From: Novakomyces olei
Taxonomy: Eukaryota
Length of the DNA: 64,000 bases
Direction of reading: 5' to 3'
Assembly (NCBI GenBank): GCA_016906335.1
Contig: JADEYG010000009.1
Coordinates: 1 to 64,000 of the forward strand
A program made the translations under genes and the position numbers. Of the stretch, positions 44,053 through 56,876 are shown piece after piece. Each line of letters opens with the position of its first letter. Positions within the stretch are counted from its first letter, which is position 1. The notes beneath the pieces are model-generated. The model searched no databases. It was not told the origin of the DNA and saw only the letters and a program-made list of their open reading frames with translations.

Positions 44053-45669
44053 TCAATGTACAAAAGGCAGGGAGCGCTGCTGCCTCGTTGCAGTCTTGAA
44101 CTCACGCAAAACTTGCCATCCACCTTCTTGATCCTCCACGTGACCCTCTTCCACCGGCACAGCATTAGACGGCGTAAGAATAGACGGCTCTGAGATAAAG
44201 GGCTGTCCATTATTGCGCGGAGACGTAATGCCATTGATACGAGGAGCAATTGGTGATAGAACGCGGTGTTGCTGTTTTGCGTCCGGGCTCTGTTTGATGA
44301 TCCGTGGCGAAAGAACCTTCGAGGCCACTTTTACCTGATCTCTATGCGGAATAGAGTGTTTTTGTCGCCGATTTTGGAACCAAATTTGTACAGTTCTCGG
44401 GTGCATATCCAGTTCTGTAGCAATTGCGTTTCTCAGCTCTGTGCTAGGAAACGACGTATTAAAATAAATTTTATTTAATAACTGTAGCTGCTCTGGCGTA
44501 GCCCGACGTCTCTTTGGCCGAGTAGTGCCTCCACGTGGAGGCAGGGCCACAGTAAAACTGGGCGACAAAGTCTGATCGTTCAAAGAATTAGTTGCTTTTG
44601 ATGGCTCTGGATTTGATATCAAACTTGAATGGTTGTCGGCTTCATCTGTAGCCACTGCTCTTGCTGACGATCGGGCAGCTTTAAACTTTGTCGCTGCTGA
44701 TGCGTCATACGGAACAAAGATATCGGGATTCGATCGTACAGGCGGCACTGAAGTCCAGCCCCGGTCAGATGTTGAATAGTGAGCATTTGGAAGACTTGGA
44801 TTCAGTGAGGAAGAGGAGGAAGAAGAAAAACTGGAAGTCCTTCCATCTGCACAAGGTCCTGGATTATGTGAAGCCTGAACAGGGGCCTGGGCACCATTCA
44901 GAGATGAGTGAAAATGCGGATTCGGGTAAGCCGAATTTTGATAGTTTGAATGTTGATAATTGAGACTCGAACTAGCACTGAAAGGTGAAAAGGCGCCGTT
45001 AATAACACTGAGAGCCGGTGATGGCTGCTGGGTCCAAGAAAATGGCGGGTTTGTCGTATTAGCAGGTAAGGAATCCGATCTTTTGGCTGCTTCATATTCA
45101 CTGAAGCTCGACGACCATCGCGGCTGGGAAACAAAAGTTCCTGTCACTGGAGAGTTTAGCATTGAGCCACGGAGCTCCGATCTGTCTTGAACATGAACTG
45201 GTACAGAGCTTCGTGCTGCGTCTCGCAAAGAAGACGAGGAAAAAGAGTCGCCAACGGCACCCGTGGGCCTTCTAGTCCATGTGTGATAATTGTGCGACTG
45301 AGGGTACTGGCTATCGGTGCTATTGGCCCTGTACGCTAAATTTTGCGGACTGTACGGAGCCGGCTCGTTTGGCACTTGCGAGTCACGTATGACATCACCC
45401 AGGATTGAAGCGACACCGGGCAGAGCAACAGATCCTGTCCCGTTGCCCGCCTTTGACTCTCTAGCGGGAGGAAACATTGACGAGGTATGGTTAAGTGTCG
45501 TTGGCGGTAGAGGGGCAAACGGTGACGTAGGCGTAAGTTGCTGTTGCTTGTAAATTTGATCGGGTTGTGGGTACCGATTGTACCTATCGACAGCAATATG
45601 CTTCGGTGAAGCAGGAGAGAGCCATTGTGAAGAGTTTCTGGGACTTTTGCTTGTCATGCAGGCAGCCAT
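44053..45669 (-). CDS. Homeodomain transcription factor (Yox1-like)
   Basis: PKRRRATPEQL...FPS...R..IA..L.M..RTVQIWFQNRRQK; Ser/Pro-rich N-terminus. Confidence 0.9.
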   Translation of the reverse strand: MAACMTSKSPRNSSQWLSPASPKHIAVDRYNRYPQPDQIYKQQQLTPTSPFAPLPPTTLNHTSSMFPPARESKAGNGTGSVALPGVASILGDVIRDSQVPNEPAPYSPQNLAYRANSTDSQYPQSHNYHTWTRRPTGAVGDSFSSSSLRDAARSSVPVHVQDRSELRGSMLNSPVTGTFVSQPRWSSSFSEYEAAKRSDSLPANTTNPPFSWTQQPSPALSVINGAFSPFSASSSLNYQHSNYQNSAYPNPHFHSSLNGAQAPVQASHNPGPCADGRTSSFSSSSSSSLNPSLPNAHYSTSDRGWTSVPPVRSNPDIFVPYDASAATKFKAARSSARAVATDEADNHSSLISNPEPSKATNSLNDQTLSPSFTVALPPRGGTTRPKRRRATPEQLQLLNKIYFNTSFPSTELRNAIATELDMHPRTVQIWFQNRRQKHSIPHRDQVKVASKVLSPRIIKQSPDAKQQHRVLSPIAPRINGITSPRNNGQPFISEPSILTPSNAVPVEEGHVEDQEGGWQVLREFKTATRQQRSLPFVH

Positions 45670-47725
45670 CAGTTTGGGGAAAGAAATCCGGGAAAAGGGT
45701 TGACAAAAGCTGCAAAACAATCACAGTTCCAAAACTGACTTTGAAACTCGACAAAACCAAAAAAATATATCGGTCGGTGGATGTATACTGGCAGGAGGAT
45801 CAAACGTTCAATGTCCCCCCGGACCTGCAAAACGAGATAGTTCAACAATCTTCTCACAAACAAAGGGGACTAACAGAAAGCTGTAACACGAGGATTCCGT
45901 TAAAGACTAGAGCTAGTGCCCTGCGATCAAAGGCGAAGGAGAGAAGAGTCTGGTGAGGTAGAAGCAAAAATTGGCAAGATCGCAAGAGATCGGCAATGGA
46001 AAGGCGAGATGGCTTATTTAATAATAATAGTTATTAATCTGAAGGAAACCAACCATATAAAATGACGATAATAACCATTTAATTTTAAGTTCATTTTATA
46101 TCGCTCTGCATGCGGTGCTAGAACCAGATTAATACTAAAAAGTATACACATTGCCGTTTATTACTTGGCGTGTTGAATGCCACGTGACGTATATTCTACG
46201 AACAGAAAACAGAGCAATATACCGTTCCGAGAAATGTCCGGCTCTAGTACCGCGCGATCTCAGGCTAGTGGGGGGGAAACAAAAAAAAGCAAAGGAATGC
46301 TCCAATCATGGAAAACCAATTTATTATTGTACCTGAATTGGTACAGCAATTGCGCACAAAAGCATGTAAATTGAAGAAAAAATGTTTGCGCTTTTGCCGA
46401 TCGACTATGAGCCTTGCCGCATACGCAATATATATCGCGTTTCTTTACCGGATATTAATATAAGCTTAATATTAATTTAATAAACGACTAATATAGAATT
46501 TACCTGCAAATGTCAGTCACATGTTTATACCAAAATTACTTTGTTATTTATACAAGTACAATTCTTTACTTTTCGCTCTAGCGAACCGAGTGATGTCTGC
46601 AGCTATTTAGTGAATTGGCTATTTGGTTACGCAAAAGCTGAATCTTCTTTCCCGCCATCCGGAGTTCCGGTCACTAAACAGGTAAAAGGTGTGATAGTTA
46701 TGTAAATTCTAGGATTTTACTTTACTGTCTCAGCGGATGTGTAGAGTCCCGTGCTAAAGTTGGACAGCAACGTTTAGCGACGGTGTCATTACTGATGAGT
46801 TAGTTCCGTACTGGATATATTTGATCACGGCACACTTGCATACGAAGCAGCTCAATAAATATTCTCAAAATGGTCCGAGGTTAGAGCGATTTGCAGATTA
46901 ATTGCTATTTACAACCTTCATACATGAAAACCGATATTAAACAACGAAAGGCTAAGCTGGAGGTCGTAAACTCGGATGCCTATAAGCAATGATGCTGCCA
47001 ATAATATTTTTGATAATTCTATTCACGATCTTTAATGTATAATATATTACTTGCGTAATCGGTCTTCATGAACTTTGGCACTAATATTCCAAAACAAGCA
47101 CGCCAAGGTATTAATCGTATTGTTCTGCGACTAAACACCCAGCGATTCTTGCGCACTAGACATTACTTTAAAGATTTACTCATATAATAAACAAAAAAAT
47201 GTGCGGTTATTCTCTGATTTCTTTTACCTGCAAGAGCGAGCATGGAGACGAGCAAGCTCTCGAGTCGTCTCCGCATCTCGTAGTTGCATAGACTAATACG
47301 GCGAGCCAACGTATCTGCTGCTCATGAGGCAACGCTGATGACTAGAGTGGTTCGTAAGTTTTGGCTACAGAATTAGCATGTGTTGAAAAATGAAATTGAT
47401 CAGTTTCTTCATTTATAAACTATTGTACGTACTCACATCGAGCGCTTTTGTCTCTGTCGTTCTAGAGATGTATGGGAATGGCTGATCGTCCAAGTTATTT
47501 TGGCGCCTTTGCTCCTGATGGCCATGTAGCATTAGGTCTACATTGCCCTTCAAAATTGACTATTGCTCGTGTTGTGGACTGTTTATACACTCAGACTTAA
47601 AGCATTGAAAATGAATAGCTCTGTACTTGTGCATTTGTAAAATTTTAGACGTCACCCTTACGGATCATCGTCAATTGCATTAAAGAGGCTGGCTTTCATC
47701 CATTCCATAATTATTCTCATCTAAT

Positions 47726-48748
47726 CTAGCCTTCAAACAGACTGCTATTATAATACTCAAAGTCTTGGTCTACTGCCAAATCTTTTCGAATTTCTTTTCT
47801 TTCTTGCGCAGTCGGCGATTGCGATTGAAACCTTGAACGCGGTGAATGCCGAGCTCGAGCTTGCTCAGATTTTTTTGCTAATAATCGCGAAATTGCCTGC
47901 TCCAATCGCTGTCTCCGCCTTGAATTATCTGCAAAGCGAACGTTTGCCATTCTCAAAAGAGTCCTCAAATATACCGCTGTCACAATCGGCTCAACAGAGG
48001 TCTTTTCCGTTTCCAATCCAGCCACTTCATACGCTATCGGTGCATCAAAACGCAGTGAGCAACGAACGCCCACAGTATACTTGCGACCGTTTCGTGACAC
48101 AACGATTCCGCTCTCTCGGAAACCTGACGCAATGCACTCTGCCACAAAAGTCTGTGCTGCCTCTAAATTTCGGGCTTGAACGTGCAGGATCTGTGACGAG
48201 GGTTAATGAGAAAAAGCAAACAATAAATCTCAAAGATAAGTATTGTTTCAAACGGTAAAGAATAACTGTGAAATGTAGAAATGTAATTAATATACCAGTG
48301 GCTCAAACTTGCAGTGCACGAGCCGCTGTTGGTCGTAATTCACGGTTACAATGGCGTCCGGCTCGTCTACACAAGTTGAATCAAGTTTTCCAGCTGTATT
48401 CACACTGTTCCCTAGTAACTGAACAAACAGATCTTCGTCTGGTTGGCAAAGCTCATCATGAGCGAATGGCTCATGGCGTACGCATAGCCAATGGCCGCCC
48501 GATCCCTTGGCGGCTATTGAAGCCGAAGCATCTGATGTCGCAGTACCGTCAGATAATTGTTCTGGCCTTGCGTCGCAATAAACAGCGAAGCGGCCAGAGC
48601 AGCTCGACGTTGTGACTAAATTCGGGTGCGAGTTAATTAGCTCTAAAAGCGGGAAAATTGGCGAATCTGGATGCCCTTTAGGCGAAGCGTCTGCATGATC
48701 TGATTGCAGATTTTGGATTATGTCGGCCTTGATTGCATCAAAGTCCAT
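47726..48748 (-). CDS. TYW3: tRNA wybutosine-synthesizing protein 3, spliced
   Basis: DASPKG.PD, VTTSSCSGR, KFEP, then ASGFRESG, VGVRCSLRFDAP and AN.RF..N. Confidence 0.92.
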
Positions 48749-48768
48749 GTCCAATTTAATTTAATTTT

Positions 48769-48795
48769 CTTAACTATTATTACTATTATTATTAC

Positions 48796-48858
<63 letters not shown>
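48769..48858. repeat. (TAT)n microsatellite upstream of TYW3
   Basis: Directly visible. Confidence 0.9.
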
Positions 48859-48860
<2 letters not shown>

Positions 48861-49289
48861 GATACTATTCCTTGCTTGTTCCCCATCTTTGAACGGGCGC
48901 GTTCGACTGCAAATTGACTCACCTTTGACGGGCGCAGTCTGCCCATTTTTAGCGACAGACTGTTCCAAATTTCAGCCAGCGCCCTCCGCTCTTGTACTCG
49001 GGGCTTTTCCAGGCAAAATGCATAAGAATTGCACAACTCAAAGGTCGGTGAAGGGCGTTCTTTGTTTACCGGTTTAGGTAAACCGCGCTTACAAGGCAGC
49101 ATGCGCCATTGCCCTTGTGCCTTATATATAATGCGGGAAATGGAGGCAAAGAGCATTTTATGATTTGTAATATCTGCAATATTCTGGAAGGTGTTTGTCT
49201 TTTCAAAACTCGAGTCTTGCCCGTTGTTTCCTTGTCTTCCGTGTCCAAAAGGCAAAGGCACAGCTTGAACTTTTTCTTATCCCTCAATA

Positions 49290-49905
49290 ATGGACGCAAT
49301 ACCCACTTCCACAATTCCTGCTATATTGCTGTCTTCGAGCACAATTGCTCTTGCAACAGGGACCAGTACTAATACTGCCCTCCCGGTGCCTTCAAGAGTA
49401 GCTGCCGCCGGCTCTAATAACGGCAATACTGGAAGTAATGGCTCTGGATCATCCTCGGGCTCGTTAAGCCATTCTGCTTTAATGTAAGTCAAGACAATGG
49501 TGGATGCGGAGGAGAGAAACACGATACAGAAAAGAAGGCATTTATTTATTTATTTTTATTCATTGTCGATTTATTTATTATTTATTATGATCAGATTTAA
49601 CCTTTAGTGCCATTGCCGTCGTTCTTACAGTGACTGTTCCAATTGCGATCCTGAGTCTGTTCATCTACTTCTTCCGCCGCAAACGTCTCCGCGCTCAGCA
49701 GATCCAGAAACCTTTCAGCCCTCAGGTACCGACAAAACTGGAACCAATAAACTCTAAAGCGGACAACGTTCAAGTGTCCAGTCGTCCTGCGGCCTCTCAT
49801 ACTTTCTCATCTGTCCCGCCTCCAATGCGGCGCGCTGACCCCCCTCGATACTTTGAAATTCCTATTGCTGGCAACACGAAAATGATGAACAGTCGAGACG
49901 CGTAG
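49290..49905 (+). CDS. Small single-pass membrane protein (Ser/Thr/Gly-rich N-terminus, TM, basic stop-transfer), intron ~49484-49606
   Basis: GTAAGT donor after 'LSHSAL', TAG acceptor, then 'AIAVVLTVTVPIAILSLFIYFF-RRKR'. Confidence 0.7.
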
Positions 49906-50706
49906 GCGGGCAGAATCAACAGCTGCTCCGTATAGCTTTACGTGTTGGTGTGGCTTTATGCGTTGGGTCCAGAGTCGCTTTTCACGTGCGATTAGTTCGT
50001 TTGGATGAGCTGTTTGGTGTGCTTTTAATCCATGGTGTGACTTGGATTTAATTAATTAAATTAAATTAAATTAAACTAAATTAGATTAGATTAAGTTAAA
50101 TTACACGTCTTTTCACAATAAATATCAATAAATAGCAAAAATCTACTGAAAAATGATGATCCATCAATGTTGAAAAGTTTACATTAGCAGCCGCGTAGCC
50201 TGACCAAAACTATAATGTCACTGTGAACGTGTCACTGTGAGCAGTGTTTGAATATAATAATGTTGAAAATAATAATAATAATAAATACCTGTGAAAAGGG
50301 TTTGCTTAATTTAATAGATGCTAGTCACGCAACACAACGTCCAGTTCCTTTACTGGCTTGTGTATTGTCATGACGCAAAAAAAGAAATTAATAAAATCGT
50401 TAGTAGTTACCAATGTAGATGCAAATTGAGGTAGAATTGCCCATCAGTGTAGAATCAAAAGCTATTGAGTATAATAGAAGAGTTGGTAAATACTTTGCCT
50501 GCAGTCTCAAGTCGTACTATAAAAAGAGACATTAATTGAAATGAGAAGCGGAAAGATGATGTGGAAACTGAAAAATAATAAATTGGAAAATAATCAAAAA
50601 TAAATAGACAAATAATAAGAGATGAATAGTAAATAGATGAATAATTAAAACCACAATGTATCGTTTCTGCTCCAAACAGAAATGTCTCCGAGAAACGGCA
50701 ATCTGC

Positions 50707-53700
50707 TCAGTCCCAAAGAGTATTTACAACTTTAGGCGCCAAAGGCCGCCGGCGCTGCTCAACAGTCTGCGGTTGATCCACTGAAGACGCGAGCGAAGAA
50801 TGCTTTGTATCAATCCCAGAATCGCGATTGTATTTTGTTTGAAGATTGTGCAGTTGTACATTCTCCTTACTTGCGTTTTCCCCTTCATTATGGTCGCCAT
50901 CATTGTCCGTGATGGAGGCAATTTCATTCCATTTACGCTCCTTAAAAATGGCTTTAAACTCATTCACTACTCGCTCAAACGAGGAAGCAGCTCCCTTGAC
51001 TTGAGAGAAAATAGCACGTGAGCCCGAAGTGCCCCATTGTATCACTTGAATACTAAACTTGAGTCCCTTGATGTTTAGAGCATTTCGTGATTTGATAGTG
51101 GCCCCTAGAGCCTTTGTCGCAGGATCCTGTATGACCCGGGTTATTCCTACATCCATGCCCTCCCATTTCTTTAGTAAAAGGTAAATATTGCTACGAAGCT
51201 CAGGCGCGTCCAGCGCGCTCGCTTGCAAGATTGCACTTGCTGGTCGGATGTTGAATAACCGAGAGAGGAACGATCGATTGTAAAGACCCGAGCCAGAATT
51301 TGGTGCAGAAGCGCTGTTCGCAAAAGACCAGCGGTCGTCATTTTGCACTGCAGAGTCTAAAGCGTCCGGCGGAGGAGTCGGAGCTTGATCACGAGCAGCA
51401 ATGGTTTTATTCGACACATTGCTGCTGCTACTATTACCGCCCAGTACACTCCATCGGCCCGATCGGCGCCGGCTCGGCAGTTGCACGTTTGGCGAGTCTG
51501 TACTTGCTGAGGAAGGTGCGGGAGGAGCCGGAGCGGACCGGTTCGGTGCAAGGTTTCGGCTCTTTCTCCGGAATATCCCAAATACGCGTTCTTCCATACT
51601 TGGAGCAGCGGCACTAGCATTAGCAGTTGCAGCCGAGTTCAATTCAGGCGGAGAAACGGGAGTCAGTGGAGCAGAAAAGGCACGCTTTGAAGACGTTGCT
51701 GCCCGTGGAGGATCAACGATACGTATATGAGAGGACGACGGGATCGTTTCCGATGCCGGCCTGACTTGGATCGGAGCGGGCCGGGATTTCTGTTTCCTTG
51801 TTGGTGAAGTTTCAGACATAGTTTCAGTCTCTGTGGCCACATGATATTGCTCACTCTGATTGCTATTGTCATTCCTGTTCTTTGGTAGGGACAGAGCCAG
51901 TGCAGGAGCACGTTCACTGCTAGAATCATTGTGCTGTTTTGCATCTCTTTCGCCTGGTTTTGCCAAGCTTTTGTCTGTGAAATTGCCAGCAGCGGCAATT
52001 TCACTAGGGTTAGTGTTAGTGTTAGTACTCTCGTCCCGCGTGCTCCGTTTCCGCATAACCATTGTGGCACGGTTACGGAATCGGCCCTCTTCAGCATCGG
52101 CAAACCGTTCCTGATACTGTTGTTGCTCTTCCCTGATACGAGGCATTGTGGGCGTAGTTTGCAGTCGCGTAACACTCCATAAATCATCCAGTTCAAGGGC
52201 AATATTATCCTGCAAAAATTGTTGCCTTTTACTCAATTGCTCTCCGTCTTTCTGCGTAGAAGAGGTCTCTTTTCTGCCTTTGCTAAAATTAGGTGCAACT
52301 GGTGGAAGAGGCCTGGGCACACTGGGCTTGGACTGATCCGAATGATTAAATGCCTCATCTATTTCTGCAGCAAATTGCTCAGAAACTTGTCGGCGCTGAC
52401 GCTCCGCTGATTCCGATGAACTCGGAGTGTTTGATCGGCTTCTGTTCCCTCGACGAGCCGATCGGTGCGGAGTCCGTTTGACTCCACCAATTGCATTCGT
52501 TTCCAGCCTCGATTTGCGTTTTGTAGGTGTATTTGCATTGTTCATCTCCCGGTCGGCACTTTCTCCGTCGTCATTATTATCATTATTGTTCTTATTATTA
52601 TTAGCTGGATCATCATCCAGCGTACCAGCTGCATTAGACCATAAAGCAAATTCGTCAAATCCATTGACGTCGCTGGTTAGTGAGAGCATCTGCTGGGGAA
52701 TTGCCGCCGGGGTCTTCTTTTCATGAGCCACTGAAGGACGGCGAGATTGGCTTGAGCGCCTAGACCGGTCGACACGCACGTTAGTGCTCCGTTTCCTCCG
52801 ATGCGATGAAAGCGGGCGCCGGTGAGATGAAGATTTAGATACTACAGAGGACCGTGAGTCCCTTCGGCCGTGATGATGGGCATTGCTACTGCCACTACTA
52901 TTGCCTCCGGCCACACTACGAATGCTCTTTGTACTGCGAACACTTCGGCGGGACACGGATTTACGAACCGGTCGATTCGCAATTGCCGAGGAAGAAGTTG
53001 GGGAAATGTTTAGTCCGGGATTGCCGCCGGCCAATGCGCCAATTACGCGTGTGGGTGACATTTCCGAATCGACTCCATAGTTTTCCAGTCGATCATGGCG
53101 ATACCGCATTAGTAGACAGTAAAACTGCTTCTCCGTGTTGGGCTCGTCCGATAAGAGCTGTTTAACGAGACTAGATCTTTTTTCCCCACGCCATAGAATC
53201 ATGAGACTCTTTAGTATTTCTCTGTCAATAGAGGCTTCATCTGCCACTGGGTGATCCACGAGGGAATAAGGCGGAGGTCGAGGAGCAAGTTTTGCTGCTG
53301 TTGTAGTGCCAACAAGTCCATGGTGCTTCTTAAGGAAAGGATGGTTCATAATCTCAGGCATTTTGATCCGTGTCTCTGGATCGACATCAAGCATACGCCA
53401 AATAAGGTCTTTAGCCTCAGTGGAGAGTTCTGGTGGCATTATAAAGTGGCCAGCTTTAACTTTTAGCAGTAGCGAACGGATGTTTTCGTCGTCAAACGGC
53501 AAATGGCCCGTGAGAAGAGCAAAAAGGATAATTCCACAAGACCAAATGTCGCTAGAGGCGCCATGATAAGTTTTCCCTGCAACAATTTCGGGAGAAGCAT
53601 AATGCGGAGAGCCACAGCTCGTTTCCAGCATCTTTCCTAGCGGTTCCAGTGCCGCCATTCCAAAATCTGCAATTTTTATGTTTTTCTCTTTGTCCAGAAG

Positions 53701-54321
53701 CAAGTTTTCCGGTTTTAAATCACGGTGGCAAATATGGAAACGGTGACAATAATCAACACCACTCACAATCTGGCTGAAATAATTTGCAGCTTCGGGCTCA
53801 GGCAATTTGCCTTTAGACACGAGATAATCAAAAAGCTCGCCGCCCTCAATGTACTCCAAAACAAGGTACAATTCGCCACGGTTTTCCCATACATCATATA
53901 GCCGCATAACCGAAGGATGCTCAATAAGTTTCATGATTACAATCTCGCGTTCGATTCCATACGCGAATCCGGGTCCACGTTCCGGTGATTTACCCTTGTT
54001 TGCTGGAGAAGTAGAGGCTTGAGCAAGACTTTTGGGAACAATTTTAACAGCTGCTAGTTTCCCTGTCATTACATGCTTGGCCAGCCTCACGCGTCCAGAG
54101 GACCCACGACCCAAAGTACGTCCAAGTCTCCAGGGTCCAATCTGTGTTTTATGACGCGAAGAGCCATTTGAATTGGTGCTGCATTGTGAAATTTGCGAAA
54201 TTCGTTTGTCTTCTACGCGTTGACCGCGTGGAGATGAACGGAGCTGGTTCAAGTTCGCCGGCCGACCGAGATGCAAGCCGTCTTCCTCAAAATTCTGAGG
54301 TCCAGCAGAGACGGACGCCAT
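50707..54321 (-). CDS. Nim1-family Ser/Thr kinase (Hsl1/Gin4/Cdr2-like)
   Basis: IGPWRLGRTLGRGSSGRV, GIEREIVIMKLIEHP, HRDLKPEN, DFG, TSCGSPHYASPE; C-terminal KA1-like domain. Confidence 0.93.
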   Translation of the reverse strand: MASVSAGPQNFEEDGLHLGRPANLNQLRSSPRGQRVEDKRISQISQCSTNSNGSSRHKTQIGPWRLGRTLGRGSSGRVRLAKHVMTGKLAAVKIVPKSLAQASTSPANKGKSPERGPGFAYGIEREIVIMKLIEHPSVMRLYDVWENRGELYLVLEYIEGGELFDYLVSKGKLPEPEAANYFSQIVSGVDYCHRFHICHRDLKPENLLLDKEKNIKIADFGMAALEPLGKMLETSCGSPHYASPEIVAGKTYHGASSDIWSCGIILFALLTGHLPFDDENIRSLLLKVKAGHFIMPPELSTEAKDLIWRMLDVDPETRIKMPEIMNHPFLKKHHGLVGTTTAAKLAPRPPPYSLVDHPVADEASIDREILKSLMILWRGEKRSSLVKQLLSDEPNTEKQFYCLLMRYRHDRLENYGVDSEMSPTRVIGALAGGNPGLNISPTSSSAIANRPVRKSVSRRSVRSTKSIRSVAGGNSSGSSNAHHHGRRDSRSSVVSKSSSHRRPLSSHRRKRSTNVRVDRSRRSSQSRRPSVAHEKKTPAAIPQQMLSLTSDVNGFDEFALWSNAAGTLDDDPANNNKNNNDNNDDGESADREMNNANTPTKRKSRLETNAIGGVKRTPHRSARRGNRSRSNTPSSSESAERQRRQVSEQFAAEIDEAFNHSDQSKPSVPRPLPPVAPNFSKGRKETSSTQKDGEQLSKRQQFLQDNIALELDDLWSVTRLQTTPTMPRIREEQQQYQERFADAEEGRFRNRATMVMRKRSTRDESTNTNTNPSEIAAAGNFTDKSLAKPGERDAKQHNDSSSERAPALALSLPKNRNDNSNQSEQYHVATETETMSETSPTRKQKSRPAPIQVRPASETIPSSSHIRIVDPPRAATSSKRAFSAPLTPVSPPELNSAATANASAAAPSMEERVFGIFRRKSRNLAPNRSAPAPPAPSSASTDSPNVQLPSRRRSGRWSVLGGNSSSSNVSNKTIAARDQAPTPPPDALDSAVQNDDRWSFANSASAPNSGSGLYNRSFLSRLFNIRPASAILQASALDAPELRSNIYLLLKKWEGMDVGITRVIQDPATKALGATIKSRNALNIKGLKFSIQVIQWGTSGSRAIFSQVKGAASSFERVVNEFKAIFKERKWNEIASITDNDGDHNEGENASKENVQLHNLQTKYNRDSGIDTKHSSLASSVDQPQTVEQRRRPLAPKVVNTLWD

Positions 54322-56258
54322 GTAAGCTGAGCCGGAGCTTTATTGGAGCCAAAGAGGAACAACTGCAGATAGACAAAAGGTGCCTTGGAACAAACGCTTT
54401 CAAACAAAGCCCAGCTTTCCTTGTTCAGTTTAGAATTAATGATTCCTTGAACTTGTTTAAGCTCTGTGTAATCGAATGTAGTCCGAGATCAGACAACGAA
54501 CAAGAAAAAGTTCCCTCGAATAGAATCGAGAGCCGTAGTAAAAGTCAAATTTCCGGCCTGCCGGTCCAAGTCGATCTCGGTGGTATTCAGCCGCGGATTG
54601 TGCAAAAGAAGAAAATAAACCAGATTTGAAGGAAGAAGAGACAATCTGGAGTAAAGACTCTGGTCAAAGAACGAATGGACGATCCGCAAATAGGACTTTA
54701 ACGTTAGCCATGAAGGTAAATTTTTCATACTCTAAAAGAGCCGCTATGCGGTACAACACGAGCCACTCACAACCACGTCAGTGCTGTTCTAATAACACCG
54801 CTGATGGAGATTGTAGGCTCTTCCAACAATCGCGGAAACGATTGTTGTCAGTAGTGTTGTTTGCTTTCAGAGCCCCTGTGTTTTATTTTGTATTGTTATT
54901 ACAAAATGCAGACAAAAAGTAAAACAAATTAAAAACAAACCAGAAAAATGTAAGAGAAATACCAGAGTAAAAGAAAAATACCGGGCCAGTGTATGAGTAA
55001 ACACTATAATAATGCCCTTACAATATTTAATTGGTAGAAATCACTCCTAAACACTCTAATTCATACCAAGGAATTTGGGCAATAAGCCCGAACAAAAGGT
55101 AGCTAGTTCAAGTACACAAAACAACTATATGTATCCTCAGCAATTGCTATCATAAATTTATTTATTGAGGCTATCTGCTTTGCCCATTCGCGCTCTTCTT
55201 CTCTGTCATAGATTTACGAATCGAGTGCCATGTGCTCATTCCGTGGCTCTTTCAAAAAACACGTGCACCAGATTGGAAAACGCGTAAACAAATAGCCGGA
55301 ATCCGACTTGCATATTTGGCACTTTTTTACAAGTATTACTGCATATAGAATTACTTGAGATTCCTATGGAAACGCGTTCCAGTGCGCGGATACGGAACGC
55401 GTATTTGCGGGTGCGATTGATTGGTTTTGGTGCTTTCGTTTCCCATTCGGCTCGGGAACTTTCGATATCGGGATGAATCTTTACTGGTTGAATCTATGTA
55501 GATTATATAGCCTCATCGTTGTGCACTCCCGTCAATGCGGATGGCTTTGTGTACATTAAACTGGCATTTGCATGACATATTCTAAGTAATGGCGATCTTG
55601 GATAGGTTGTTGCATCATCGGACAGGCATTAGTCTAAAGTCATACTTTGTGTCTTCCCGCGCCATATTGCATGCATGGTAGCATCGAAACTGAAGTATTT
55701 GCTTTATATCGCCCTTACGCAGTAAAATGCTCATAGCGTTTAGATTATTTATTTTCGGCGATGGCGCTTGTAGTCTGGAAAGTCCTTTTATCGATATATG
55801 TTTATCACCGTTTTCTCCATATTACTATTTCGCTATATAGGCGTACTATAATTTTAGGGCTCATACTAAAAAGCATTAGTACCGATTAGCAACGATTCAG
55901 GAACAGGCTCTCTTGATTAAAGAGCGTTCATGATGGACTTTGTTGAAAGCCTTCATCGATCATACCTTCTATAGCAAAATCAACGAAATTTGGATTTTGG
56001 GTTTTATGTTCAAGATATGCAAATTGGCTTCTCTTGCGACTAAACTCAGGTACACATGAAGATATTCAAGTGCATTGGAAATATTAAAGTATACAGTGGA
56101 CGGAAAACACCAATCTCTGAAAATACATGTATATAAAAATTAATAATAAACGCCTTGTAAATTATTTAACACCTCAACCATAATGAAAGAATGATTGTTC
56201 TCCCATTAATTATTAATAAAATATAATCTCATTGTAGTACGTCTAATTGACGAAACAG

Positions 56259-56876
56259 TTAAGGCAAGCATGCACATGCCGTCTTTGTCATATGTCTCCT
56301 TAAAGCATCGCGCCTTGTAAATGTGCTGGCACAGCGGCTACATGCAAAAGGCTTTTCTGCCAGGTGAATGCGCTGATGCCTCCGCAAATCATGATTTCGT
56401 ACAAACTTCTTATTGCACGCATCGCACTTGAAAGGGCGATTTAAAGCCGGCTCGTAATTAGTTTTATCCAAATCTATGCCGCTAATGATCCATTGTTTAA
56501 TCATCACCTTGTCTGAAGGCGCAGATGTTCGCTTATCATCTTGTACGGCCGGTGCGACGCTACCACCTAATCCTTCCAGCTCGGCAAAAGATTCGTATAC
56601 CATACTGGCATCAAGCGATCTTTGCTCTGTCGCAGAAGCATAGACTGAAATCAAATGTGTACTCAAATCCGTAGCTAATTCTCGCTCTTCACGATAAAGC
56701 GGCTGCTGCTGTATTTGCTGCTGTTGCCGACTTGTTGGCTCTAATGACATAAATTCTTGCTGATAAGGTCCTGGCTGAAACATTGCATACTCTGGCATGC
56801 CAAAATAATACTGATTATCCGCCAATTTGTATGAAGCGAGTTCATTGTGTAACGAATTATCTCGGACAAGAGCCAT
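56259..56876 (-). CDS. Two-finger C2H2 zinc-finger transcription factor
   Basis: RPFKCDAC...F.R.HDLRRH..IH-LAEKPFACSRC...F.R.DALRRH. Confidence 0.88.
   Translation of the reverse strand: MALVRDNSLHNELASYKLADNQYYFGMPEYAMFQPGPYQQEFMSLEPTSRQQQQIQQQPLYREERELATDLSTHLISVYASATEQRSLDASMVYESFAELEGLGGSVAPAVQDDKRTSAPSDKVMIKQWIISGIDLDKTNYEPALNRPFKCDACNKKFVRNHDLRRHQRIHLAEKPFACSRCASTFTRRDALRRHMTKTACACLP

Noticed and set aside
47236-47280. Hairpin GGAGACGA...TCGTCTCC in a long intergenic region as a ncRNA
   Set aside because: Single short stem with no recognisable snoRNA, snRNA or tRNA motifs; an Rfam search would be needed.
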